Positions 17,273 to 25,290 of a DNA stretch of 32,000 nt are shown here, in pieces. Source of the DNA: Ignicoccus hospitalis KIN4/I. GTDB lineage: Archaea; Thermoproteota; Thermoprotei_A; Sulfolobales; Ignicoccaceae. The position numbers and the translations under genes are program-made. Within the stretch, counting starts at the first letter, position 1. Every line of letters begins with the position of its first letter. The DNA lies in assembly GCF_000017945.1 (NCBI RefSeq), contig NC_009776.1, positions 90,001 through 122,000 on the forward strand, written 5' to 3'. The notes under the pieces are model-generated. The model searched no databases, was not told the DNA's origin, and saw nothing but the letters and a program-made list of their open reading frames with translations.

Positions 17273-18068
17273 CTATCAGCGGTATGCAGAGTCTTCCTTG
17301 CACGAGCACCGGGACCTCTACCCCGTAGGTTTTCAACAAGTTCTCTTTAGTGAATATCTTTAAAGGCTCGCCCACGGCTATTAGCTTCTTATTCAATAAC
17401 GCTACCCTCTTTACGTCGTTTGCGATAGGTGTGATGTCGTGAGTTACTAGAATTATAGTAGTCCCCTCATCATTATACTTCTTCAAGAGTCGGGCGACGG
17501 TCCTTGAGCTCTGCGCGTCGAGCGCGGAGAAGGGTTCGTCCAAGAGCAAGAGCTCGGGTTTAGAGACTATGGCTCTCGCTATCAGCACCCTCTGCTTTTG
17601 TCCTCCGGACAGCTCCCTATAGGTCTTGTATGCTACGTCCACAAGACCTACTTCCTCTAAAGCTTTCAAGGCTTTGTCCATGAGGGCTTCCTCCCTCTGT
17701 GGCCTCATGCCCTCTATGAGGCCCATCATCACTACGTCTATCGCCCTTAAGGGGACCTCGTCGTTGACGTTCTCCCTCTGCGGGACGTAGCCGATCTTCT
17801 TCGCAATTTCGCTCCTCTGCTTGTAGGGGTCCTTTCCAAAAACTCTGACGCTTCCCCTCACTAGGGGGGCCAAGCCTAGGATTGTTTTCAAGAGCGTGCT
17901 CTTCCCGGCCCCGTTAGGCCCCATGATCGCTAGGAAGTCCCCCTTGGGTACGTCTAGCGTCACCCCTTCGAGCGCGTACGTGTCTCCGTACTTCACCCAG
18001 ACGTCCTTCAGCTCTACTACGTTAGAGTAAGTCGTCGTAGCCGCGGAGCTTGTTCTTAAGCTTACCAA
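17253..18068 (-). CDS. Metal ABC transporter ATP-binding protein (ZnuC-like)
   Basis: MGPNGAGKSTLLKTILGLAPLVRGSVRVFGKDP, IGYVPQRENVNDEVPLRAIDVVMMG, LSGGQKQRVLIARAIVSKPELLLLDEPFSALD. Confidence 0.93.
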   Translation of the reverse strand: MVSLRTSSAATTTYSNVVELKDVWVKYGDTYALEGVTLDVPKGDFLAIMGPNGAGKSTLLKTILGLAPLVRGSVRVFGKDPYKQRSEIAKKIGYVPQRENVNDEVPLRAIDVVMMGLIEGMRPQREEALMDKALKALEEVGLVDVAYKTYRELSGGQKQRVLIARAIVSKPELLLLDEPFSALDAQSSRTVARLLKKYNDEGTTIILVTHDITPIANDVKRVALLNKKLIAVGEPLKIFTKENLLKTYGVEVPVLVQGRLCIPLIGDQHGR

Positions 18069-18447
18069 AGGCCCTCTCCTCCTCTTCCACTTCCTTTAAG
18101 AACGCGTCCTCCTTCTCCTCTTCTTTCCTCAGGGCCCACGCGCAGCGGCCGTCGGGCAACAAGTACTTCTTCTCACAGTACGCGTATTGGCACCTATATC
18201 CTATGCACTTATCGCCTACGAGGCGGCACGTTACTACGGTGATCACTTTCCCTCTTTGGTACTTCTTTGTGAACATGAGGGCGTTCTGGGAGCACCGGAA
18301 GAAGGGACACGCCGGGTTGCACTTGTCGCCCAGAGGCTTCGGCTTGAGGTCTCTACGCCCCTTGCCGCCCCTCCTTACTCCGTCCCTCAACTTAAGCACC
18401 CACCTCGCCCGGAGCCTTTCGTCGAGGGTACCTACGGCAAGTACCAT
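18022..18447 (-). CDS. Conserved Cys-rich protein, possible metal/Fe-S binding
   Basis: CNPACPFFRCSQNALMF ... CRLVGDKCIGYRCQYAYCEKKYLLPDGRC (8 Cys). Confidence 0.7.
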   Translation of the reverse strand: MVLAVGTLDERLRARWVLKLRDGVRRGGKGRRDLKPKPLGDKCNPACPFFRCSQNALMFTKKYQRGKVITVVTCRLVGDKCIGYRCQYAYCEKKYLLPDGRCAWALRKEEEKEDAFLKEVEEEERAFGKLKNKLRGYDDLL

Positions 18448-18974
18448 TTAAGCATAACGTAGTTTATAGAGCCGTTCTCTACTATTGCCATTATGTATCT
18501 CTTCCTCACCCCGTGCGCCACCCTACCCCCCTTCACTATCTCTGACGGGTCCAAGCTGGTGCCCTTCTCCAATACGTCCACGACGTAGGGGGCGTGGTCT
18601 ATCCCGGGCCCGAACTCGTACACGACGAAGTCGGAGCCGTACTTCAGCCCCGACCTCACGACGAAGCCCTTGTTTCTCAATTCCTTGTAAACGAGGTACT
18701 TCTCTTCCAACCCCTCCATGAATTTCCAAATCTCTTTGAGCTCCTCTGGGCTGTAGCTCTTGTCGGTCGTTATGTCACGTATCTCAATGACCCCGGTCTC
18801 TAGCAAGTAGAGTGCCTCCAACGGCGAGAGCGCCAAAGGCGCTTTCACGTCCTCCGGGCCCTTTGGCTTCTCCGTCCCCAAGGGGTGCCCGAAGAAGCCC
18901 TTCGAGTATATGTCCTTGGCAGCGGCGTCGTCCAGCACTACCACTCTGTCGCCTACCAAGTAGGCGGTGTACAA
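18432..18974 (-). CDS. endA: tRNA-splicing endonuclease
   Basis: VYKELRNKGFVVRSGLKYGSDFVVYEFGPGIDHAPYVVDVLE...SEIVKGGRVAHGVRKRYIMAIV. Confidence 0.95.
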   Translation of the reverse strand: MYTAYLVGDRVVVLDDAAAKDIYSKGFFGHPLGTEKPKGPEDVKAPLALSPLEALYLLETGVIEIRDITTDKSYSPEELKEIWKFMEGLEEKYLVYKELRNKGFVVRSGLKYGSDFVVYEFGPGIDHAPYVVDVLEKGTSLDPSEIVKGGRVAHGVRKRYIMAIVENGSINYVMLKWYLP

Positions 18975-18977
18975 AGT

Positions 18978-19670
18978 TTACACCTTATGCATTAAGAAGT
19001 ATTTCAAGTTCTCAGCTACGTCCTTTAGTATGTCGGAGGCGTCTTCCAAGTTGCCCAATATTTCCCACGAGAGGACGGCGGAGGCGCAGTCCTTAGAGCC
19101 CTCTAATACGTCCATAAGCTTCGAACGGTAAGCCCTATCTATTTCGTCTTCCAGGCCTATGCTCTCGTTCACGTACTTCATTGCCATCTTAGGCTCCGTT
19201 ACTACGCGCGCTGCCTTGGCCAACCTCTCCGCTTGTTCGAGCAGTAAGTTTAGGAGCTCTTGAGTTTCCAGCACTAACTCCTCGTGTGCCTTCCCCCTCT
19301 TCGCGAGGACGCCCAGCCTGTAGCAAGAGCCGTCCACGTACTGGGCGGCGTTGGAGATGCCGAGTACTATAGGCATGAATGTGTCCTTCATTATTAGGCC
19401 TGCTGGCAACCTCACCAAGTATTCCATAGCCTTATCTTTGTAGTTTTCTATGTTCTCCTTCAGCTCCCTGACGCTCTGAAGGGAGGCGTCCACTTCCGCC
19501 GCGGTCCCCCCTTTGGCCTTCTCGACCATAGATAGGGCAGCCCTAATCTCTTCGGTGAGAGAACTCATCAAGTTATTCAGAGTCTCGATGAGGTTTATTT
19601 CAGCTATGCTGCTATAGACCTTCGCTTGGGTCTCGGGCTCTAGGTAATCGACCTCGCGCTCTTCCTCCAC
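18978..19670 (-). CDS. PhoU / DUF47-like protein
   Basis: All-helical; VRLPAGLIMKDTFMPIVLGISNAAQYVDGSCYRLGVLAKRG and C-terminal SWEILGNLEDASDILKDVAENLKYFLM. Confidence 0.75.
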   Translation of the reverse strand: MEEEREVDYLEPETQAKVYSSIAEINLIETLNNLMSSLTEEIRAALSMVEKAKGGTAAEVDASLQSVRELKENIENYKDKAMEYLVRLPAGLIMKDTFMPIVLGISNAAQYVDGSCYRLGVLAKRGKAHEELVLETQELLNLLLEQAERLAKAARVVTEPKMAMKYVNESIGLEDEIDRAYRSKLMDVLEGSKDCASAVLSWEILGNLEDASDILKDVAENLKYFLMHKV

Positions 19671-19767
19671 CTACCTCCCCGTTCCACTTCCCAATTGTTT
19701 AAAGTAAAAAGCTCGATGGAGGAGGCGAAGGAAATCACATAACCGCATGTTACTGCTCTGTGGGCAT

Positions 19768-19777
19768 TATAAATATC
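19768..19777 (+). promoter_or_regulatory. Candidate TATA box upstream of leader ORF and lrp-like gene
   Basis: cattataaatatc in the divergent intergenic region. Confidence 0.5.
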
Positions 19778-19821
19778 TTAGCGCTTCATAAACCGCGTTT
19801 AAATCGCGGCAACGAGGTTCT

Positions 19822-19953
19822 GTGGACGAACCCGTGGGGGGCCTAAACGTGAAAATAGCGTCGGACCAAGTTTACCTTCCCTATTGTAGGGAAACGGAGC
19901 CTGCGGAAGCTTCATTAGCGAGTAATGTTAACCCCCTTAATGGGGTTCTGTGA
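19822..19953 (+). CDS. Candidate 43-aa leader ORF (VDEPVGGLNVKIASDQVYLPYCRETEPAEASLASNVNPLNGVL)
   Basis: GTG start behind GAGGT; TGA at 19951-19953 overlaps the ATG of the Lrp gene (TGATG). Confidence 0.4.
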   Translation: MDEPVGGLNVKIASDQVYLPYCRETEPAEASLASNVNPLNGVL

Positions 19954-20501
19954 TGGCTGCCAGAAGGGTCCGGAACCTGGGCGAGCCGAGCATAATAGAC
20001 TTCGTCCGCTCCGAGAGGATAAACGATAGGGACAAGTTAATCCTCAAGACATTATTAAAGAATTCGAAGACGACTACGACCGATATAGCTGAAAAGCTCA
20101 ACATAAGCGACGTGGCTACTAGGAGGAGGATCAAGAAGCTCGAGGAAGAGGGCGTGATAAGGTTCTACACGGCAATATTAAACCCTAAGAAGCTCGGCTT
20201 CAACGTCGTCGCCCTCTTGTTAATAGAAACAGAACCTTCGAGCGTAGACGAGGTCGCGAAGACTCTAGCCGAGATACCGCACGTGGTGGAGCTGGGCACG
20301 CTCTTGGGAGACGCGAGCGTTTACGCGGTGGTCTGGGCGGAGGACTTGGAGAGCTTAGAGAACATCGTAAAGGAGAAGATAGGCAAGGTGAAACAGATAA
20401 AGAAGATACATACGTACTTAATGGCCAAACATTACAAGGTCAACGGACTGCCCCTTCGGGAGAGCGAGCTTGTGCCGGATGATGGCGGGCACGAGGCCTA
20501 G
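19953..20501 (+). CDS. Lrp/AsnC family transcriptional regulator
   Basis: DKLILKTLLKNSKTTTTDIAEKLNISDVATRRRIKKLEEEGVIRFYTAILNPKKLGF; ORF track starts at the in-frame GTG 19950. Confidence 0.93.
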   Translation: MAARRVRNLGEPSIIDFVRSERINDRDKLILKTLLKNSKTTTTDIAEKLNISDVATRRRIKKLEEEGVIRFYTAILNPKKLGFNVVALLLIETEPSSVDEVAKTLAEIPHVVELGTLLGDASVYAVVWAEDLESLENIVKEKIGKVKQIKKIHTYLMAKHYKVNGLPLRESELVPDDGGHEA

Positions 20502-21099
20502 GTTCATTACTAACTTTGTAAAGGTGGCTCGCAAGGACGGCAAAGGTCTGCCTAACGGCGACGGTTGGGGCTTTGCAGCCTATTTAGCGGACGGCACTAT
20601 CCTAATCAAGAAGAAGCTCGAGCCGATATGGGAGAGCTTGGAGCCCCTCCCGAGAGCGCCTTTCCTCCTCCACGCGCGCAGGGCGGAGAAGTTACCTAAA
20701 TCCTTGGAACACGTACACCCACACGTTTGCAACGGCGTCATCTTGGCTCACAACGGCAACGTCGAGGTCCCGAGGCCCTCTGGGCTGAAGCTCTACCGTA
20801 GGACTTCGAGCGAGGCCTTAGCTTGCTACTTCGGGGCGCTCTTGGCCTCCGGAAGGGAGCTGGAAGAGGCGTTAGAGACCGTTTCTAAGACTGTCAAGCC
20901 CAAGCCGTCGGCCAATTTCGTGGCTATCGTCACGAGCGCGTCGAAGCTGGTGATCTTCAACTATCACACGGGCGATAGGTATTACGTTATGTGGAAAAAG
21001 GAGGGAGTCTACGCGAGCGAGCCCTTGGGAGAGGGCTGGCAGCCGCTCTCGGAGGACGGGGCTCCCGTTTGGGAGGTGGTTGACCTCAAGCCTTCTTGA
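20470..21099 (+). CDS. Class-II glutamine amidotransferase domain protein (YafJ-like)
   Basis: GTG-Cys N-terminus (MCRMMAGTRP), GDGWGFAAY, LLHARRAE, HVHPHVCNGVILAHNGNV; 32-nt overlap with lrp-like gene. Confidence 0.9.
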   Translation: MCRMMAGTRPRFITNFVKVARKDGKGLPNGDGWGFAAYLADGTILIKKKLEPIWESLEPLPRAPFLLHARRAEKLPKSLEHVHPHVCNGVILAHNGNVEVPRPSGLKLYRRTSSEALACYFGALLASGRELEEALETVSKTVKPKPSANFVAIVTSASKLVIFNYHTGDRYYVMWKKEGVYASEPLGEGWQPLSEDGAPVWEVVDLKPS

Positions 21100-21316
21100 C
21101 CCTCAATATCAACTTGTTGTTTTCCTCTTTTACCTCGAGCACATCTGCCCCAATCATCTTTAATGCTTCTTTATACACTTCGATACTCTCCTTGTACTCG
21201 ATGGGAAGTATTATTTTCGCTTCCTCGCCGCTCCCGAGCTGTTGGACAGCCATGGCTATGTTGGATATCATGTCTCCACATACAACGTCTTGGGCGGTCA
21301 GGTCTATCTCCTTCAC
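21086..21316 (-). CDS. Small TusA/SirA-like fold protein (tentative)
   Basis: MKEIDLTAQDVVCGDMISNIAMAVQQLGSGEEAKIILPIEYKESIEVYKEALKMIGADVLEVKEENNKLILRVKKA: size and pattern of TusA but VCGD instead of CPxP. Confidence 0.45.
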   Translation of the reverse strand: MKEIDLTAQDVVCGDMISNIAMAVQQLGSGEEAKIILPIEYKESIEVYKEALKMIGADVLEVKEENNKLILRVKKA

Positions 21317-21345
21317 GGCCCCTCCCCGGGTCCTTGACCAGTAGG

Positions 21346-22086
21346 TCAGATATAAACGACGTAGCGCCCCCTTAGGCGCAGCTCAATTATTCTGTTCCGG
21401 TCGGCTAGCAAGTACGCTAGGGCGGCCCCGGTCAAGAAGCCTCCGATGTGCGCCCACCAAGCGACCCCCGTGGGCATTCCGCTGAGGCTCCAAGTGCCCA
21501 TTATTAATTGGTAGAGGAACCACAAGCCTATGAAGACGCTCGCCCTTATCGGGATCAATAGGGGGTAAGGCGCGAACACGAGTGTCATCACTTGGGCGTG
21601 GGGGAAGAAGAGCATGTAGGCTGCCAAGACCCCGCTGATCGCACCCGAGGCCCCTATGGCCGGGGTGAGCCAAGGGTTCTGTCTCAAGTACGGGTTCAAG
21701 ATGATTGAAGGCGTTAGCATCACTGATAGCAAGTGGAAGACCACCGCCCCTAATCCGGAGAGGAGGTAGAGGGCCAAGTACCCCCTCCTCCCCAAGACTG
21801 CTTCGACGTTGTCTCCAAAGATGTAGAGGAAGAGCATGTTCCCCGCTATGTGCTCCAAGCTACCGTGTAACCACATATGCGTTAGGAGCGTGTATTCCCT
21901 CATACCATTTACGACGAAGTACGGGACCATGCCATAGTTCTTCACTAGTTCGTTAAACGATAGCACGTTTCCTTGCAGTAGCAAGGGGAGCTCCAACACG
22001 ACGAACACTAATACGTTGATTGTTATTATAGCCGTGTTAATTATCGATTTTCCCCTCACCGCGTTTATGTCGTAAAGCGGTATCAT
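21346..22086 (-). CDS. Rhomboid family intramembrane serine protease
   Basis: YTLLTHMWLHGSLEHIAGNMLFLYIFGDNVE, IGASGAISGVLAAY, WWAHIGGFLTG. ATG at 22086 preferred over TTG 22122. Confidence 0.93.
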   Translation of the reverse strand: MIPLYDINAVRGKSIINTAIITINVLVFVVLELPLLLQGNVLSFNELVKNYGMVPYFVVNGMREYTLLTHMWLHGSLEHIAGNMLFLYIFGDNVEAVLGRRGYLALYLLSGLGAVVFHLLSVMLTPSIILNPYLRQNPWLTPAIGASGAISGVLAAYMLFFPHAQVMTLVFAPYPLLIPIRASVFIGLWFLYQLIMGTWSLSGMPTGVAWWAHIGGFLTGAALAYLLADRNRIIELRLRGRYVVYI

Positions 22087-22144
22087 GCTTTGGTCCGCGT
22101 TTCGCAGGGAAAGAGAACTCAAAAGCGTGTCCTCCGCGGGGTCC

Positions 22145-22157
22145 GATATATTTATAC
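22145..22157. promoter_or_regulatory. AT-rich TATA element between divergent rhomboid and DUF505 genes
   Basis: gatatatttatacacc. Confidence 0.55.
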
Positions 22158-22188
22158 ACCCGTCGGGGAGCCGTGCCGGAGAAAGACC

Positions 22189-23982
22189 GTGCTACTAAAA
22201 AGAGAATACATGCAAGTTTTAGAAAAGTTCAAGGGTAAGGATGAAGTAGACGTAGCGGAGGTCGCCACCGGCGAATACGAAGAAGCTGAGAACGTCTTGT
22301 TCATCTTATTGGCACTAGAGGTCCAGGGACTCATAGAGCCCGTCAGCAAGGAGAGGCCCAGGAGCTTCAGGCTGACGGAAGCCGGCAAGAAGGTCTTGGA
22401 GGCCTGGGAGGAGGCCGGGAGGCCGGAAGCGGAGAGGTGGTTCGACAGCTCCATCCACGCCGCCGTGTGGAGCTTGTGGAGGACTTCAGCTAAGGCGCCT
22501 AAGGACTGGTTCACCCCACTGAGGGAGAGGGGACTGGTCGACGAAGAGGGGTTCCTCACAGATGCGGCCAAGAAATTGGTGGAACAGTTCGAGCCCAAGG
22601 TGAGGCCAGTTAAGGTGAGGGTTACCAGGGACTTGGGCTGGACCCTAGCGAGGGTCCCCCCTGGTCCCGCGGCCGTGGCCCCGCTCAGCAAGTTCCCCGA
22701 AGAGCACATAGACTTGCTCGAGGCAATGGGCGTCATAGTCTTCACTTCCCCCGACAGAAAGTACTACGCGCTCACGCGCTTCGGGCGCTTCCTAAGGGAA
22801 GCGATAAGGGAGCTCAGGCCCGTTGCTATGGAGTACGTCTTAGTAAATATGAAAATAGCGGAGATGGTCAAAAAGCTCGTAGAAGGGGGCGAGCTGACGG
22901 AGGAAGAGAAGTACTGGCTAATGAACTTGGGGTACTACAGGGACGGCAAGCCCACGCGCGCGGCCAAGTGGTTGTACTTGGCGTTGAAAGAGCTCGAGAG
23001 GGGCGAGTGGTGGGACACGTTCCCCATAGGCTTGACTAGGGTAGACGAGTGGGTGCTCAAGACCATAGACCACTTGTGGAAGAAGGCTGAAAACAACCCC
23101 GAGCTGAAGCCCACCAAGAAGCTGATACAGTACTGGATCGAGAAGCACCGGGACGAGTTAGGTATGGACGAGGAAACGTACAAGGAGCTGGAGTTCAGCG
23201 ACTACACCATAGGTCTCGCGCTCTACCGCTTGGAAGCGGTGAGGTTGGTAGACTCTTACGAAGAGAAGGGCAAGCTGGTTTACGAGCTGACGGAATACGG
23301 CAAGAGACTACTCGAGGTGCTGGGCCAAATAACCGAAGTGCCCGCCCACGCCGTAAAGACCTTAGTTTACGCCGACAAGGGGATACCGCCCTTTAGGCTA
23401 TGGATAGAGGAGGCCATACGCTGGGGGCTTATGGGGCCACAAGGCGCCGGCACCAAGGCCAGAGTGCTCATGTGGATATCCAGGAGAGTAAAGAGGTTGC
23501 CCTTGATAACCAAATTAGAACACTTAGTGTTGCAAAAGACCTTGCCTTCCAGAAGAGCTGAGCCCTTGGAGGAGCTCGTCAAGAGAGTGAGCGCCTTGGG
23601 TTATGACGAGGAGGAGGTCCGAGCGGCGATCTACTGGCTGGAGATGTGGGGAGCGTTGGAGGTCTACGGCAACGGCTACGTGGAGCTCACCGAGATAGGC
23701 GACATGATTAAACACGCCTTAGTGGCCACCCCACCCGGAGTGGCCACTCCGGTACACCCGCACTTCATAAGGGTGTTGCAAGCGGTTAAGGAACTCGGGA
23801 GCTACGAGGACTTGGCCGAAATAGTCAATAGAACTAGGCTCACGCTGGGCATAGTGAAGGACGCCCTCGTGGTCGCCAGGGAGGCGAAGCTCCTAGGGGC
23901 CAAGGACTTGACCGGAGAGGGCGAGCTGCTGCTGGAGGCCGTAAAGAGGATACAGGCACACGTGGAGGAGGTCGTACAATAA
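22189..23982 (+). CDS. DUF505 family protein (winged-helix repeats)
   Basis: VLLKREYMQVLEKFKGKDEVDVAEVATGEYEEAENVLFILLALEVQGLIEP with several winged-helix-like segments; start moved from 22090 to the GTG at 22189 because the TATA box lies at 22145-22157. Confidence 0.75.
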   Translation: MLLKREYMQVLEKFKGKDEVDVAEVATGEYEEAENVLFILLALEVQGLIEPVSKERPRSFRLTEAGKKVLEAWEEAGRPEAERWFDSSIHAAVWSLWRTSAKAPKDWFTPLRERGLVDEEGFLTDAAKKLVEQFEPKVRPVKVRVTRDLGWTLARVPPGPAAVAPLSKFPEEHIDLLEAMGVIVFTSPDRKYYALTRFGRFLREAIRELRPVAMEYVLVNMKIAEMVKKLVEGGELTEEEKYWLMNLGYYRDGKPTRAAKWLYLALKELERGEWWDTFPIGLTRVDEWVLKTIDHLWKKAENNPELKPTKKLIQYWIEKHRDELGMDEETYKELEFSDYTIGLALYRLEAVRLVDSYEEKGKLVYELTEYGKRLLEVLGQITEVPAHAVKTLVYADKGIPPFRLWIEEAIRWGLMGPQGAGTKARVLMWISRRVKRLPLITKLEHLVLQKTLPSRRAEPLEELVKRVSALGYDEEEVRAAIYWLEMWGALEVYGNGYVELTEIGDMIKHALVATPPGVATPVHPHFIRVLQAVKELGSYEDLAEIVNRTRLTLGIVKDALVVAREAKLLGAKDLTGEGELLLEAVKRIQAHVEEVVQ

Positions 23983-24018
23983 ACCCTTTTCAAAACCCAC
24001 ATCCGGGGTTCCGTCTGA

Positions 24019-24705
24019 GTGAAGGTCCGCCTCGTCTTGGTGGAGCCCGAAGGTAAGATAAATTTCGGATTCATATTGAGATTATGCAAAAACTTCGAAG
24101 TGGATGAAATAGTAGCCGTGAGGCCAAAATTTGACGTACGCGACGAAGAGGTACTCACGTTTGCTGCGAACGGAAGGGATTACGTGGACAAGGTGAAGGT
24201 GGTAGACGACTACAAGGAAGCTCTGGAAGGCTTGGTAGTGTGTACGAGCGCCAAGGTCTCCAGCGCTGATCCCCTCAGGGACTTCGTCTTGCCGTGGGAA
24301 CTCAAGGAGAAGTTCGGCGAGCCCGAAAGGCTGACCTTGGTCTTCGGTAGGGAGAGCGTGGGGCTGACGAGAGAGGAGCTGAAGGAGTGCGACGCGCTCC
24401 TCCACGTCCCGGCGTCCCCCCAGTACCCGGTGATGAACTTGTCCCACGCGGTCGCGGTAGTCTTATGGGAGGTGTGGAAGCAATACAGAATAGAAAAAGG
24501 GGCGCAGCCGGAGAGGCCGGACGAGAGGGACCTGAGGCTGGCCTTGGGAGTGGCGGAACGCCTAGCGAGGGCCTTGATAAAGGACGAAGCCAAGAGGGAA
24601 AGGGTAACAGTCGCGATAAAGAGGCTTCTGGCCAAGGCCACTAGACAAGAGCTGAGGAACTTGCTATACTTGTTGAGCAAGTGCGCTAACCGACTGGGCG
24701 AATGA
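24019..24705 (+). CDS. trmJ: tRNA 2'-O-methyltransferase, TrmJ/TrmH (SPOUT) family
   Basis: VRLVLVEPEGKINFGFILRLCKNFEVDEIVAVRP, TLVFGRESVGLTREELKECDALLHVPASPQYPVMNLSHAVAVVLWEVWK. Confidence 0.93.
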   Translation: MKVRLVLVEPEGKINFGFILRLCKNFEVDEIVAVRPKFDVRDEEVLTFAANGRDYVDKVKVVDDYKEALEGLVVCTSAKVSSADPLRDFVLPWELKEKFGEPERLTLVFGRESVGLTREELKECDALLHVPASPQYPVMNLSHAVAVVLWEVWKQYRIEKGAQPERPDERDLRLALGVAERLARALIKDEAKRERVTVAIKRLLAKATRQELRNLLYLLSKCANRLGE

Positions 24706-25276
24706 AGGTTAAGAGGCCTTCCCTAACCATGGCTATCCCCAGCCCAGCCATCAGTATCGCCAGTATCCTGTTTAAGGCTAGGGTCCCGTTCTTGCCTAGC
24801 AGCTTATCCAAGTATCCTCCCAATAGCAATATTGGCAAGCTCACTAACATAACTCCCACTACCACTAGGGCCAGCTCGTAGGGCTCCAACACCGACCTAT
24901 AGTAAAGTACCAAGCTTATGGCCCCTGGGCCGGCCAACATGGGGATGGCCATCGGAACTATCGCGACGCTCTCCGGATCGATCATCTCGGCCTCGCTCTT
25001 GCCCAATAGTGCTTGAATGGCATATATGAGCAATATCAAGCCTGTGGCAACCTTTATGTCTTCCAGTGTCATTCCGAATGGCCTTACTATTAAGTCGCCG
25101 AACAAGGCGAAGACTAACAAAATTATCGTGGACACCGTAGCGCTCCTAACGATTATCCTTTTCCTCCGCTTGGGCTCGAAGCTGGAAGTGAGCTGATAGA
25201 ATATGGGCGCGTTGGTGAAGGGGTCTATTATTATTAACATCGAGATGAACGCGTTTATTACGGCGTTTAAGTCCAT
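24686..25276 (-). CDS. MarC family integral membrane protein
   Basis: FISMLIIIDPFTNAPIFYQLTS, VAIVPMAIPMLAGPGAISLVL, ILNRILAILMAGLGIAMVREGL. Confidence 0.9.
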   Translation of the reverse strand: MDLNAVINAFISMLIIIDPFTNAPIFYQLTSSFEPKRRKRIIVRSATVSTIILLVFALFGDLIVRPFGMTLEDIKVATGLILLIYAIQALLGKSEAEMIDPESVAIVPMAIPMLAGPGAISLVLYYRSVLEPYELALVVVGVMLVSLPILLLGGYLDKLLGKNGTLALNRILAILMAGLGIAMVREGLLTFIRPVG

Positions 25277-25290
25277 GGCGCTCTAACCCC

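Noticed and set aside
19680-19950. tRNA, RNase P RNA or SRP RNA in the largest intergenic region
   Set aside because: Short hairpins are present, but no cloverleaf, T-loop GTTCRA, or conserved RNase P/SRP cores were seen.
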